64,000 bases of DNA from an uncultured Candidatus Saccharibacteria bacterium (GCA_964436545.1 CAYTCJ010000002.1:110738-174737); one strand, 5' to 3'. Shown: positions 25,526 through 34,325, counted from the stretch's first letter. Numbers and translations: made by a program. Notes: a model not told the origin generated them from the letters alone.

Positions 25526-26259
25526 AAATCTTTAAGCGCAATCCTTCTAACCAATTCCCAAATTTGGTTATGCACCAAATCTACCGGTAAAAGATTTTTA
25601 TCTTCCATACACTCCACAATTTTGGTATTGGGAAAAAGCTCGGCGATTTGCAAATAAACATTTTGGGCTAACCGTAAATGAGTTAAATTTTTTTCGTGAA
25701 CGCTATCTATCCAATTCTCTTCCGATTTACGACTTTGGATTAATTTATGGGCCGACATATAAGGCATATTTAAAATAATATTCAAATCGGGTTTGGGCAT
25801 GCCAAAAATCGTGTATTCCAAATTATCCAACCATTTAAAAAATTTTAAACGCTCGGCTTCCTCGGTAATTTTACAACCTTGGTGTCCGGCATTGGCCGTA
25901 ACATACCTATCGGATAAAACAATTTTTCCTTCCAAAAGCCATTTTTTTATTTGGGCCGAGGCATCAAATCTGTCTACCGCATAAAAAATAGAAGCTGCAT
26001 AAGCATTCACTTCACCATATTTCCCTTTTAAATATTCATCAACCAAAAACGCGGTAGGCTGGCCATGACGAGGAAAATGAATACTTTCGGTTTTAAACCC
26101 ATTCAGTTCCAATTCTTGCTGTAACAATTTCCTTTGAGTAGATTTGCCACTGCCATCGATGCCATCGATGACAATTAACTTACCCAAAGGTTTGGATGGT
26201 TTTTTGCCAAATGGGGATCTTTTTAAGATTGTCATAAAATAAATGCACCAAAATGACAA
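25513..26259 (-). CDS. tmk: Thymidylate kinase
   Basis: P-loop IVIDGIDGSGKSTQ and DRY...AGHQG lid/NMP motifs. The true start is probably downstream of the listed one (the N-terminus is over-extended). Confidence 0.7.
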   Translation of the reverse strand: MSFWCIYFMTILKRSPFGKKPSKPLGKLIVIDGIDGSGKSTQRKLLQQELELNGFKTESIHFPRHGQPTAFLVDEYLKGKYGEVNAYAASIFYAVDRFDASAQIKKWLLEGKIVLSDRYVTANAGHQGCKITEEAERLKFFKWLDNLEYTIFGMPKPDLNIILNMPYMSAHKLIQSRKSEENWIDSVHEKNLTHLRLAQNVYLQIAELFPNTKIVECMEDKNLLPVDLVHNQIWELVRRIALKDLWLK

Positions 26260-26339
26260 AATTAAGCCTAAATGACAAAAACTTTCCCAATTTAATTCTT
26301 GTCATTTATTTAACTTGTGTCAATTAAAAACGAGCCTAC

Positions 26340-26891
26340 TTAAGTTAATGCTTTGAGTAACCTTTCTATTTTTCCATACAGCTCTTCCAAGCTCCCCACA
26401 TTCTCAATTTTATAATCCGCCCTAGCACCCAAAATCGGAATATCCTTTTCCGTTAATTCTTCCTTATCCTGCCGAGCAAAAGCCTCAAAACTCAATTTAC
26501 CATCATCAACTTTTTCATGCCTAGCCAAATATCTTTTATACCTTACTTCCACCGGCGCAGTAATATAAAAAGTTTTGGCTTGTAAATCCGTTACCACTTT
26601 TTCAAACTCATCCATTCTTACTCCATTAATAACAATCAACCGATTATTCAAAGGCTCAATCCGTTGTTTTAACGCATTAAATAATACTTGGTTGCCAAAA
26701 ATATTTCTTAAACCCAAACCTAAATCAATTTCGTTTCTTCGAGTTTTAGGCAAGGCCAAGACGGTTAAAATTTCATCCAACAAGTGACTAAATTTTATGT
26801 GGAAACCTTGGTATTTGTCCACCAAATACTTAGCCACTTCATCTTTCCCCGCTAATTTTTCTCCAATCAAAGCAATTACTAATTTTGTCAT
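26340..26891 (-). CDS. P-loop kinase-like protein (possible (d)NMP/dephospho-CoA-kinase-like) with a degenerate Walker A (GEKLAGKD)
   Basis: N-terminal IALIGEKLAGKDEV resembles a P-loop but is not canonical. 183 aa. Confidence 0.35.
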   Translation of the reverse strand: MTKLVIALIGEKLAGKDEVAKYLVDKYQGFHIKFSHLLDEILTVLALPKTRRNEIDLGLGLRNIFGNQVLFNALKQRIEPLNNRLIVINGVRMDEFEKVVTDLQAKTFYITAPVEVRYKRYLARHEKVDDGKLSFEAFARQDKEELTEKDIPILGARADYKIENVGSLEELYGKIERLLKALT

Positions 26892-27035
26892 ATTTGTCCC
26901 TATAAATAAACCATATCCTTAAACCACATAGAACTCCTTTTTGTCCTTACTATGTCATTGTAATCCAATTATACCATAAATTGACTAACATTAAATATCC
27001 AGTTATGATGAATTTATGAGAATTATCATGAATTT

Positions 27036-27641
27036 ATGAAAAAAAATAGAGACTTGGAATTACTATATGAACTGGGTGCTTTACGGTTTATTCCACGAGC
27101 TTGGAAGCAGTTTTTTAATGCGGATTTTGAAAATTTAGCCGAACATCATTTCCGGGTGGCGTGGCTGGGAATGCTCTTGGCCAAAATGGAAAAACGAGGC
27201 GATGCCGGCAAAATTGTCCAAATGGCTTTAGTTCACGACATTGCGGAAAGTCGCACCGGCGATGCTCATGCCATTTCTCGGCAATACGTTAAACGTAACG
27301 AGCACTTGGGTGCCATGGATATGTTAAAAGACACACTTTTAGAACAAGATATGCTAAACCTGTGGCAAGAATACGAAGATCGCCACACTATTGAAGCCAA
27401 AATTGTTAAAGACGCCGATTGGTTAGATGTCGATTTGGAAATTAAAGAACAGTTAGCCAGAGGCCATGCGTCTTTAAGAGTGTGGATGCCCCAAAGAAAA
27501 TTGGTTTACGACAAATTTAATACCGCCTCAGCCAAAAAGCTCTTTAAGCTTATCCACCAATCCGACCCGTTTGATTGGCTCCTTCATGCCCGTTCGCGCT
27601 TTACCGAAGGCGATATGAAACCAAAACCAAACAAGAATTAA
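27036..27641 (+). CDS. HD-domain phosphohydrolase (YfbR-like 5'-deoxynucleotidase candidate)
   Basis: HD motif region HHFRVAWLGMLLA ... VHDIAESRTGD. 201 aa. Confidence 0.65.
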   Translation: MKKNRDLELLYELGALRFIPRAWKQFFNADFENLAEHHFRVAWLGMLLAKMEKRGDAGKIVQMALVHDIAESRTGDAHAISRQYVKRNEHLGAMDMLKDTLLEQDMLNLWQEYEDRHTIEAKIVKDADWLDVDLEIKEQLARGHASLRVWMPQRKLVYDKFNTASAKKLFKLIHQSDPFDWLLHARSRFTEGDMKPKPNKN

Positions 27642-27669
27642 GAAGTATGAATTAAGCATTAAGATAAAT

Positions 27670-28362
27670 ATGACACATCAATACGAAATTGAAATTAAAT
27701 CTTTACTAGGCTCTAAAGACAATGCCGACGCTTTGGTAGAAAAAATGAAGGCTTCGGATTCTGACTTTAAAATTTTAGGTTCCCATAAGCAACTCAACCA
27801 TTATTTTGTCGGGGGAAACTTAACCTCTTTATCCGATAAACTTCATCACCTGTTAAACGACGAGTTAAAAACTAAATTAACTGACTTGGTAAAACGAGCA
27901 AAAAATTTTTCCGTACGCACTCGCGAAGCCGACGGCCGAGTGATTTTAGTCGTTAAAGCCACAGTCGATGACACCACCAGCGAAAACGGCACCGCGCGTT
28001 TGGAATTTGAAGCAAAACTTGATAACTTAAACTTGGAAGAGCTGGATAACCTTATCCTTAATGCGGGTTTTACCTACCAAGCCAAGTGGTCCAGAGAAAG
28101 ACAAGAATTTTTATTTCACTCCGGTAAAAGAGAACTCGCGGTGAGTATAGACAAAAACGCCGGCTATGGCTTTTTGGCAGAATTGGAAGTAGTGGTTAAT
28201 GATGCCGGTAAAGCCGAAGAAGTTAAAGCTTTTATAAGGGAAACCATGTCAAAACTGGCTATAGAAGAACTCCCACAAGATAGACTCCAAAGAATGTTTG
28301 ATTTTTATAACCAAAATTGGCAAGATTATTACGGCACAGAAAAAGTATTTACAATTAACTGA
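27670..28362 (+). CDS. CYTH-like domain protein (triphosphate tunnel metalloenzyme candidate)
   Basis: N-terminal EIEIK motif (the ExExK hallmark of CYTH) and alternating acidic beta-strand pattern. Weak call. Confidence 0.4.
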   Translation: MTHQYEIEIKSLLGSKDNADALVEKMKASDSDFKILGSHKQLNHYFVGGNLTSLSDKLHHLLNDELKTKLTDLVKRAKNFSVRTREADGRVILVVKATVDDTTSENGTARLEFEAKLDNLNLEELDNLILNAGFTYQAKWSRERQEFLFHSGKRELAVSIDKNAGYGFLAELEVVVNDAGKAEEVKAFIRETMSKLAIEELPQDRLQRMFDFYNQNWQDYYGTEKVFTIN

Positions 28363-28419
28363 TTTTTATTTGTATTATTTGCATCATTCGCATTAATTAG
28401 CATATTAGCATCGAGTATT

Positions 28420-29370
28420 ATGCATCCGGAACATCAATACCTAAATTTATTAAAAGACATTTTGGAAAACGGCGATCGCAAAGTTGACCGTGGCACACAC
28501 GATGCGTCTTTTAGCGTGTTTGGCAGACAAATCCGGTTTGATTTATCTACAGGCGACTTTCCCCTCCTCACCACGAAAAAAGTCTATTGGAAAGGTGTCT
28601 TACACGAGCTTTACTGGTTTTTTTCCGGCCAAAGCAACATTAAATACTTAGTGGATAATGGCGTGCATATTTGGGACGATTACCCCTTAAGAATCTATAA
28701 CGAGGCTGTAAAAGCCGGCCAAATGCCCAAACTTACCAAAGATGACTTTATAAAAAAAATTGCTGAGGATGCGGAATTTGCCAAACAGTGGGGTGAATTA
28801 CCTAAAATTTACGGTGAACTGTGGCGACGTTGGCCAACCAGAAGCCAGAGGACCATTGACCAGCTCCAATGGGTGGTAGACGAACTTTCCGAAGACCCCA
28901 ATGCCCACAACGCCATAGTTAACTCTTGGAATCCGGAATATTTATATACCATGGCCACCAGAGAAGACGCTTCCCGCTTCCCCATTTGTCACAATATGTA
29001 TCAGGTCAATATTATTAAAGACAAAGTTTGCCTACAGCTTTACCAAAGAAGCGCGGATATTTTTTTAGGTGTGCCTTTTAATATTGCTTCTTATGCGCTC
29101 CTAACTTTAGTGCTTGCTAAAATTTTAAACCGTGAGCCCGGAGAGTTTGTTCACACTTTTGGTGATGTGCATATATATGAAAATCATCTGGAGCAAGTCA
29201 AGGAACAACTCAAACGAGAACCCTTGCCGTTTCCCAAAATTATTTTAAACGATGAAATAAAAACTTTAAACGATTTTACTCCCGACAAAGTTCGCTTGGA
29301 AAACTACCAAGCCCACCCTCCGTTAAAAGCCGAACTCTCCGTGTCGGGTGGATTGTTTGAACACAGCTAA
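28420..29370 (+). CDS. thyA: Thymidylate synthase (long, Lactobacillus-type ThyA with an insert)
   Basis: Complete ThyA signature, including the catalytic Cys context PICHNMYQ and the motif EL.WFL.G. 316 aa. Confidence 0.9.
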   Translation: MHPEHQYLNLLKDILENGDRKVDRGTHDASFSVFGRQIRFDLSTGDFPLLTTKKVYWKGVLHELYWFFSGQSNIKYLVDNGVHIWDDYPLRIYNEAVKAGQMPKLTKDDFIKKIAEDAEFAKQWGELPKIYGELWRRWPTRSQRTIDQLQWVVDELSEDPNAHNAIVNSWNPEYLYTMATREDASRFPICHNMYQVNIIKDKVCLQLYQRSADIFLGVPFNIASYALLTLVLAKILNREPGEFVHTFGDVHIYENHLEQVKEQLKREPLPFPKIILNDEIKTLNDFTPDKVRLENYQAHPPLKAELSVSGGLFEHS

Positions 29371-29734
29371 CTTTATGAATATATATTTAAGCCATTCCAA
29401 AAATTTTGACTACCAAAATCAATTTTATTTACCTGTAAAAAATTCACCTATAAGCCAAAATCACCACATCTTATATCCCCACCAAAACAGCCAAAAACCC
29501 TTTCCAGTAAAAAACTTATTGGCCAAACACCAAATCCAATTAATTATTGCCGAAATCACTTACCCTTCCACCGGTCAGGGCATTGAGCTTGGCTGGGCCA
29601 ATGCTTGCCGGATTCCCATTATTGGTATTCACCGTTTTGGCGCTAAAATTTCTTCCTCCCTTAAATTAATTACCCGCAAAATTATCCCTTACCGAAAAAT
29701 TGACTCTATACTACCCAAGCTCATTATAAAATAA
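29348..29734 (+). CDS. Nucleoside 2-deoxyribosyltransferase-like protein (candidate)
   Basis: The GQGIELGWANACRIPIIG motif resembles the Nuc_deoxyrib_tr family active-site region. The start may be at 29378 (MNIYLSH). Confidence 0.35.
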   Translation: MDCLNTANFMNIYLSHSKNFDYQNQFYLPVKNSPISQNHHILYPHQNSQKPFPVKNLLAKHQIQLIIAEITYPSTGQGIELGWANACRIPIIGIHRFGAKISSSLKLITRKIIPYRKIDSILPKLIIK

Positions 29735-29781
29735 GTTTATTAATTTTTCCCTGTCAGTTCCCTTAGTCCCATTCGTCATAT

Positions 29782-30255
29782 ATGATTTCTCTCATCGCAT
29801 GCATAAATAAAAACCGTGGACTCGGATACCAAAATAAACTCCTCTACCAACTCCCCGAGGATATGAAGTTTTTTCGGGAAACCACCAAAAATAGTGTGGT
29901 AATTATGGGCAAAAATACGTTTTTATCCATTGGCCGGCCTTTGCCTAACCGCACTAATATTGTAATCACGCGAGATAAAAATTTTAAAGCCGAGGGGTGT
30001 GAGGTAAAATATAGTGTTGATGATGCTTTAGAGGTAAGGACGACCACTACTCGCCCAATCTTCGTAATCGGCGGAGCGCAAATTTACGAACAAACCATTC
30101 CACAAGCCAACACGCTCTATTTAACCATAGTAAATGATGACAAAACACCAGCCGATACCTTTTTCCCCACATATGATAATTTTAAACATCAAGAATTAAT
30201 TTCTGAAGGCGTTTCCCAAGGATACCAATATCAAATCCTAAAATTTACAAAATAA
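29782..30255 (+). CDS. folA: Dihydrofolate reductase
   Basis: ISLIACINKNRGLG...MGKNTFLSIGRPLPNR...VIGG matches DHFR motifs. 157 aa. Adjacent to thyA. Confidence 0.85.
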   Translation: MISLIACINKNRGLGYQNKLLYQLPEDMKFFRETTKNSVVIMGKNTFLSIGRPLPNRTNIVITRDKNFKAEGCEVKYSVDDALEVRTTTTRPIFVIGGAQIYEQTIPQANTLYLTIVNDDKTPADTFFPTYDNFKHQELISEGVSQGYQYQILKFTK

Positions 30256-30407
30256 AACTATCAATCACAAAGTGTCATTTCCGACGAGTGCATCTAAGAT
30301 CCGGGATCCAGATTTATAACTAAATCCTCAATATTACTTAGAGCATTCATAATTTTCTAATAATCTTTACGACGGTATAACAAATTTTATTTAAAACCAA
30401 CACCAAT

Positions 30408-31322
30408 ATGCCCATCTTAGAAATTGTCCTGCCTATCTTTTTAGTGATTATTGCCGGATTCTTGGCAGGAAAAAATAAACTTATCAATCCCGAGCACTTA
30501 GACGCTCTCAATAATTTTGCTTATTTTATTGCTTTACCCGCTTTAATAATTATCAGCTTTTGGTCAATTAATTTTTCCAGTCCGAGTTTGTTAAAAATTT
30601 TAGGTTTCAATGTATTAGTCTTGGGCTTGTTTGCTTTTCTAATTTTATTTGGTTTAAATTTTACCCCTTTTAAAAACTCCACTAAAGCCGGAATTTTTTT
30701 AAGCGCACTGGTAGGTAATGCCATTTATATTGGTTTTCCCATGGGCAAAGAAGCTTTTGGCTTACATAACTTCACCTACATTGCCGGAATCGGCTCCGTG
30801 CATTTAGTGTTAGGCACTTTTTTAGGCATTATGTCTGCCATTTACTGGAGCAAACAACACCATAACTTAAAGTTGTATTTATGGGAATTCGCCAAAAACC
30901 CCCTAATTCTTTCTATGGGTTTGGGAATCCTCCTTAGCTTTGCACCCCCTTTTGGCACCGCAGAAATTATTTTAAATAAAACTCTTAATCTGCTCGCGGT
31001 TACCGCTTCGCCGATTGCGCTCTTTGCATTAGGCAGTTTTTTATCTCTCCGTCAACATCAACTCTCCACCGGACTCTTAATTCTACCGGTGATTTTAAAA
31101 ATTATGGTTTTTCCCCTCTTTGTCTTTGGGCTATTAACTTTATTTCAGTTACCTTTGGAACAAATAAAAATGTCAGCTTTTTTAAGCACCATGCCAACTG
31201 CCATTACCACCTTTGTTATTGCGGAAAAATTTAAATTAGACGAAACCTTAATTGCCAGCGCTTTGCTAATTACCACCGCGCTATCTGTTATCACCATCTT
31301 TTTGTATTTAAGTTTAATTTAA
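30408..31322 (+). CDS. AEC-family (auxin efflux carrier-like) transporter
   Basis: MPILEIVLPIFLVIIAGF start. 10 predicted TMs. 304 aa, typical of the AEC family. Confidence 0.7.
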   Translation: MPILEIVLPIFLVIIAGFLAGKNKLINPEHLDALNNFAYFIALPALIIISFWSINFSSPSLLKILGFNVLVLGLFAFLILFGLNFTPFKNSTKAGIFLSALVGNAIYIGFPMGKEAFGLHNFTYIAGIGSVHLVLGTFLGIMSAIYWSKQHHNLKLYLWEFAKNPLILSMGLGILLSFAPPFGTAEIILNKTLNLLAVTASPIALFALGSFLSLRQHQLSTGLLILPVILKIMVFPLFVFGLLTLFQLPLEQIKMSAFLSTMPTAITTFVIAEKFKLDETLIASALLITTALSVITIFLYLSLI

Positions 31323-31353
31323 AAAACTCCCAATTTTAAGCGGGAGTTTTTTT
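31321..31353. terminator. Bidirectional intrinsic terminator between the AEC transporter and dcd
   Basis: AAAAACTCCC-aattttaagc-GGGAGTTTTTTT. Confidence 0.7.
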
Positions 31354-31366
31354 ATTTTTCTAATAT

Positions 31367-31945
31367 CTATTTCTTTCTAACTTCGTTGGTAAGTTTAGAA
31401 GCCAAAGGCGACTGCTGGCCTGCATACTTATTGCCCAGTTTTTTTCTGTAAGGCACTTCTACCGGAGAGGAAACTTCCTCAAACGTAAACGCACAAATGC
31501 GCATACCGGGGTAAAGGGCCACGGGCATTACGCCTAAGTTCCCCAGTTCCATAGTGGGCTTACCCACCCACCCGGGATCAAAAATACTGGCAGTGCCGTG
31601 CACAATAATACCTAAACGGCCGAGCGATGAACGACCTTCAATTCGGCCCAATAAATCGTCAGCCAATTCCAAATTTTCCACAGTGGTAACTAAAGCAAAA
31701 TCTCCCGGTTGCATTACAAACGCTTCCCCCTTTTTTACCACAATTTCCTTCATTAGTTTGTCGGTATCCACCTTACCTTTTAAATCTATATAAGGATGGC
31801 TGGAATGTTTAAACACCCGAAAATTATTGCCTAAATGCAAATCTATAGAACACGAACCCAGTTGCTCCTTAAAATTCGGCTTAGGCGTAATTTTTATTCT
31901 ACCCTCTAACAGGGCTTTTTTTATATGCGTATCAGATAATATCAT
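31367..31945 (-). CDS. dcd: dCTP deaminase
   Basis: MILSDTHIKKALLEGRIKITP ... GSCSIDLHLG is the Dcd/dUTPase-fold signature. 192 aa. Confidence 0.85.
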   Translation of the reverse strand: MILSDTHIKKALLEGRIKITPKPNFKEQLGSCSIDLHLGNNFRVFKHSSHPYIDLKGKVDTDKLMKEIVVKKGEAFVMQPGDFALVTTVENLELADDLLGRIEGRSSLGRLGIIVHGTASIFDPGWVGKPTMELGNLGVMPVALYPGMRICAFTFEEVSSPVEVPYRKKLGNKYAGQQSPLASKLTNEVRKK

Positions 31946-32168
31946 AATTTTTTAATCCCCCCTCTTAGGGTAAGAGGGGGCTAGGGGGTGATATTGTTTA
32001 ATTCCAACCCTAAAATAATACACGAAAAAACCTTTCTTGACAAAATTTTCTCTGTGGATTAAAATAACCTAAATTATGAAATTCCAAAACCTTTCCAGCA
32101 TTATTAGCATTATTATTCCTCGCTTCAGGCAGTGGAAGAGTTTTTAATGCTTTAAATTAAATTCTCTG

Positions 32169-32200
32169 AAATCCCTGCCGTTAGGCAGGGATTTTTATTT
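32169..32200 (+). terminator. Intrinsic terminator (AAATCCCTGCC-gtta-GGCAGGGATTTTTATTT)
   Basis: Perfect stem plus T-tract inside a 1.7-kb region with no coding sequence. Confidence 0.6.
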
Positions 32201-32289
32201 TTATGGCTATATCATAAAAAAACAATCCATTAGTCCTATTGGTCATATAAATCTTATAAGACCTATATGACTTATATGACACAAACAAC

Positions 32290-32811
32290 CTTTAGACCGC
32301 CACCCCTTGCCCCCGAAGACTCGGGCGCAGAGAACATCGGCCTAAAAGGCCACTAAAAGGAGGATTTATGTTGGTGTTTCTGAAGATGGATGGGTACGTG
32401 AGTACCCAGGCGGGCCTCAATGCCCTCCAGGCCCAAGGGCTCCGGCCTGCGGGTCGCCAAGAAATCAGCGTCGCCCTAGACATGGGCGACAATGAAAAAA
32501 ACACTTATATGGTTTTTGCCAGACAGAAGGACTGGCAAACATCCTGCCCAGAGGCGTCAATCCGCCAATGGGAACCTACGCCGATCACAACGTGCCCGGT
32601 ATTGTACCGGGTTTGGATGGGAAATCCAGAGCCCCGAGAAATCCGGGAAATGTCGGTGGTGGGCGTGTGGCACGACCCCATATTTGTTGGGGTCAAGGAT
32701 GACTAACCGCGCGGGGAGGGGTGCAGAAAGATTTTGTATTTATAGGCCTTAAAACAGCCAACTAAAGCAAATTCTCTCTGCCCCCTCCCCGCAGAAAATT
32801 CTTTTTTTATC
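32290..32811 (+). other. GC-rich island of about 520 bp. Candidate structured RNA and/or foreign small gene
   Basis: GC content far above the flanks. Three or more frames are open on both strands. Multiple perfect hairpins. A 15-bp long-range stem GCGGGGAGGGGTGCAG / CTGCCCCCTCCCCGC (32710-32793) is followed by a T-run. Confidence 0.4.
32368..32706 (+). CDS. Candidate 112-aa ORF with a strong Shine-Dalgarno sequence (AAAGGAGGA, 4-nt spacer). May be spurious within a structured RNA
   Basis: Strong RBS plus ATG. GC-rich codons unlike the host genome. No recognisable domain. Confidence 0.25.
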   Translation: MLVFLKMDGYVSTQAGLNALQAQGLRPAGRQEISVALDMGDNEKNTYMVFARQKDWQTSCPEASIRQWEPTPITTCPVLYRVWMGNPEPREIREMSVVGVWHDPIFVGVKDD

Positions 32812-33012
32812 TTCTACCTTTTGACTCTAATTTTGCAGATATTATCCAACTATGGTATGGTATGAATACCTTAAACTTAGCATTCGGATTTGATTATTAC
32901 TTTTACTAATTAAATCCGAGTGCTAAGGGACCTAGCACTATTCAGCGAAGCCACAGGGTTTCCGGTTAGCCACTCTCCTCCAGCTAACCTGCTTAATAGC
33001 CCCCTGTGTGCC

Positions 33013-33042
33013 AAAAAAAATGGGGCGCTTACCGGTGCCCCA
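33013..33042 (-). terminator. Minus-strand intrinsic terminator (TGGGGCACCGGTAAGCGCCCCA + T8)
   Basis: Stem TGGGGC/GCCCCA with a 10-nt loop, followed on the minus strand by TTTTTTTT. Confidence 0.5.
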
Positions 33043-33184
33043 CTCTCAACTTTTGACAAAATTATTAAAATCCTATAAACTTTTTCTATGAAGCGATTAC
33101 AAACCAACTTAAGCCTTAACCTCCTTACCCTTACATACTTAAGGCGTAATTTGGTTTAGTTTTCAGTTAATACTTCTCTTTACC

Positions 33185-33216
33185 AAACCCCCGCCTTAAG
33201 GCGGGGGTTTTTTTAT
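33185..33216 (+). terminator. Plus-strand intrinsic terminator (AAACCCCCGCCTTAAGGCGGGGGTTTTTTT)
   Basis: Perfect 8-bp GC stem plus T7. The upstream ACUUAAGGCG (33139-33148) can pair with the 5' arm, giving an antiterminator-like alternative. Confidence 0.65.
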
Positions 33217-33425
33217 TTTACTGTAAACAGTAAAATAACCCTTCGTAGTCCCGCCATAGCGGGACGAAGTAGGGTAAATGATTTACCAAAGGAGGAAAAG
33301 TTAGTTGGTGGTCAGATTTTAGATTTTTAATTAAAAATGTTGGCTTTAAAATCAAATTTTAGGTTCTCCACAGAGTCGAACACTAAAATGATAAAAGTCT
33401 AAAATATGACCACCCAACAACAACC

Positions 33426-33460
33426 CAAAAAAATTTCTTCGGGCTTTAAGCCCGAAGACG
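33426..33460 (-). terminator. Minus-strand intrinsic terminator (CTTCGGGCTTAAAGCCCGAAG + T7)
   Basis: Perfect 8-bp stem followed on the minus strand by AAATTTTTTT. A second terminator about 115 nt downstream of the rplA terminator, delimiting a short GC-rich transcript candidate. Confidence 0.5.
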
Positions 33461-33521
33461 TATACATTCCCCGACAGGGGGATCCAGGTGTCCCCTGGCC
33501 AACCCTGTGGAACCGCCCTGT

Positions 33522-33547
33522 CCGGCGAGCCCCCGCTCGCCGGTTTT
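33522..33547 (+). terminator. Plus-strand hairpin plus T-run (CCGGCGAGC-cccc-GCTCGCCGG-TTTTT)
   Basis: Perfect 9-bp stem plus T5. Confidence 0.5.
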
Positions 33548-33573
33548 TCTTTTTATTAAAATGCCAAAAACAT

Positions 33574-33612
33574 GAAGACGGACTTCTGGGATTTTCCCAG
33601 AGGTCCGTCTTC
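33574..33612 (-). terminator. Terminator hairpin immediately downstream of rplA
   Basis: GAAGACGGACCTCTGGG-aaaat-CCCAGAAGTCCGTCTTC on the minus strand, followed by a U-rich tract. Confidence 0.55.
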
Positions 33613-33620
33613 AGATGGAC

Positions 33621-34325
33621 TTAGTAGATTTTCACTTTTATCCCCGGGCCCATAGAAGCATTCATGCTCATAGATACAATATATTGTCCTTTTAAAGATG
33701 CCGGCTTGGCCGATACAATCGCTTCGTGTAAGACTTTAAAATTTTCTTCCAAAGCCTTAGCTTTAAAATTGGTTTTGCCAATAATTTGGTGAATATTACC
33801 GCTATCATCATTTTTAAAATTTACCTTACCGCCGGCAATAGCCTTCACCATTTCCCCAATATTGGGTCCCACGGTACCGGTTTTGGGGTTAGGCATTACT
33901 CCTTTTGGCCCTAAAATTTTGGCAATCAGGGCTAATTTGGGCATTAAAGCCGGTTCAGCAATGGCAATATCAAACTCCACTTTCTCGGTTTCTTTAATTT
34001 TTTTAATTAAATCTTCCCCGCCTACCAAAACCGCACCAGCGTCTTTGGCTTCTTTTTCCTTACTTTCCGTAACAAAAGCCACCACGCGTTTTAATTTACC
34101 GGTGCCATGGGGTAAACTGGCCGTTCCGCGCACCGCTTGGTCTGTCTGCTTGGGGTCAATCCCCACTCTTACATGCACTTCCACCGAACCAACAAACTTG
34201 GTGTTTGCAGTTTGCTTGGCTAAGGCGACTGCTTCACTTAACGAATAAACTTTATTACTATCTACCAAACTGTTGTTGGCTTTGACTCTTTTGGCTAACT
34301 TAGACATTGTTTCCTTCCTCATCAC
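33621..34325 (-). CDS. rplA: Ribosomal protein L1
   Basis: L1 signature throughout. The likely true start is ATG 34305-34307 (MSKLAKR), preceded by GAGGAAGGAAACA, one of the few clear Shine-Dalgarno sequences in the window. Confidence 0.9.
   Translation of the reverse strand: MMRKETMSKLAKRVKANNSLVDSNKVYSLSEAVALAKQTANTKFVGSVEVHVRVGIDPKQTDQAVRGTASLPHGTGKLKRVVAFVTESKEKEAKDAGAVLVGGEDLIKKIKETEKVEFDIAIAEPALMPKLALIAKILGPKGVMPNPKTGTVGPNIGEMVKAIAGGKVNFKNDDSGNIHQIIGKTNFKAKALEENFKVLHEAIVSAKPASLKGQYIVSMSMNASMGPGIKVKIY

Noticed and set aside
32292-32752. Overlapping ORFs 32292-32504(-), 32492-32752(+) and 32505-32696(-) in the GC-rich island
   Set aside because: These are the same GC-driven artefact. 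None has an RBS except the 32368-32706 frame, which is listed separately at low confidence.
33406-33624. 72-aa plus-strand ORF just downstream of rplA
   Set aside because: It spans two terminator hairpins and a GC hairpin block and has no RBS. Treated as non-coding.
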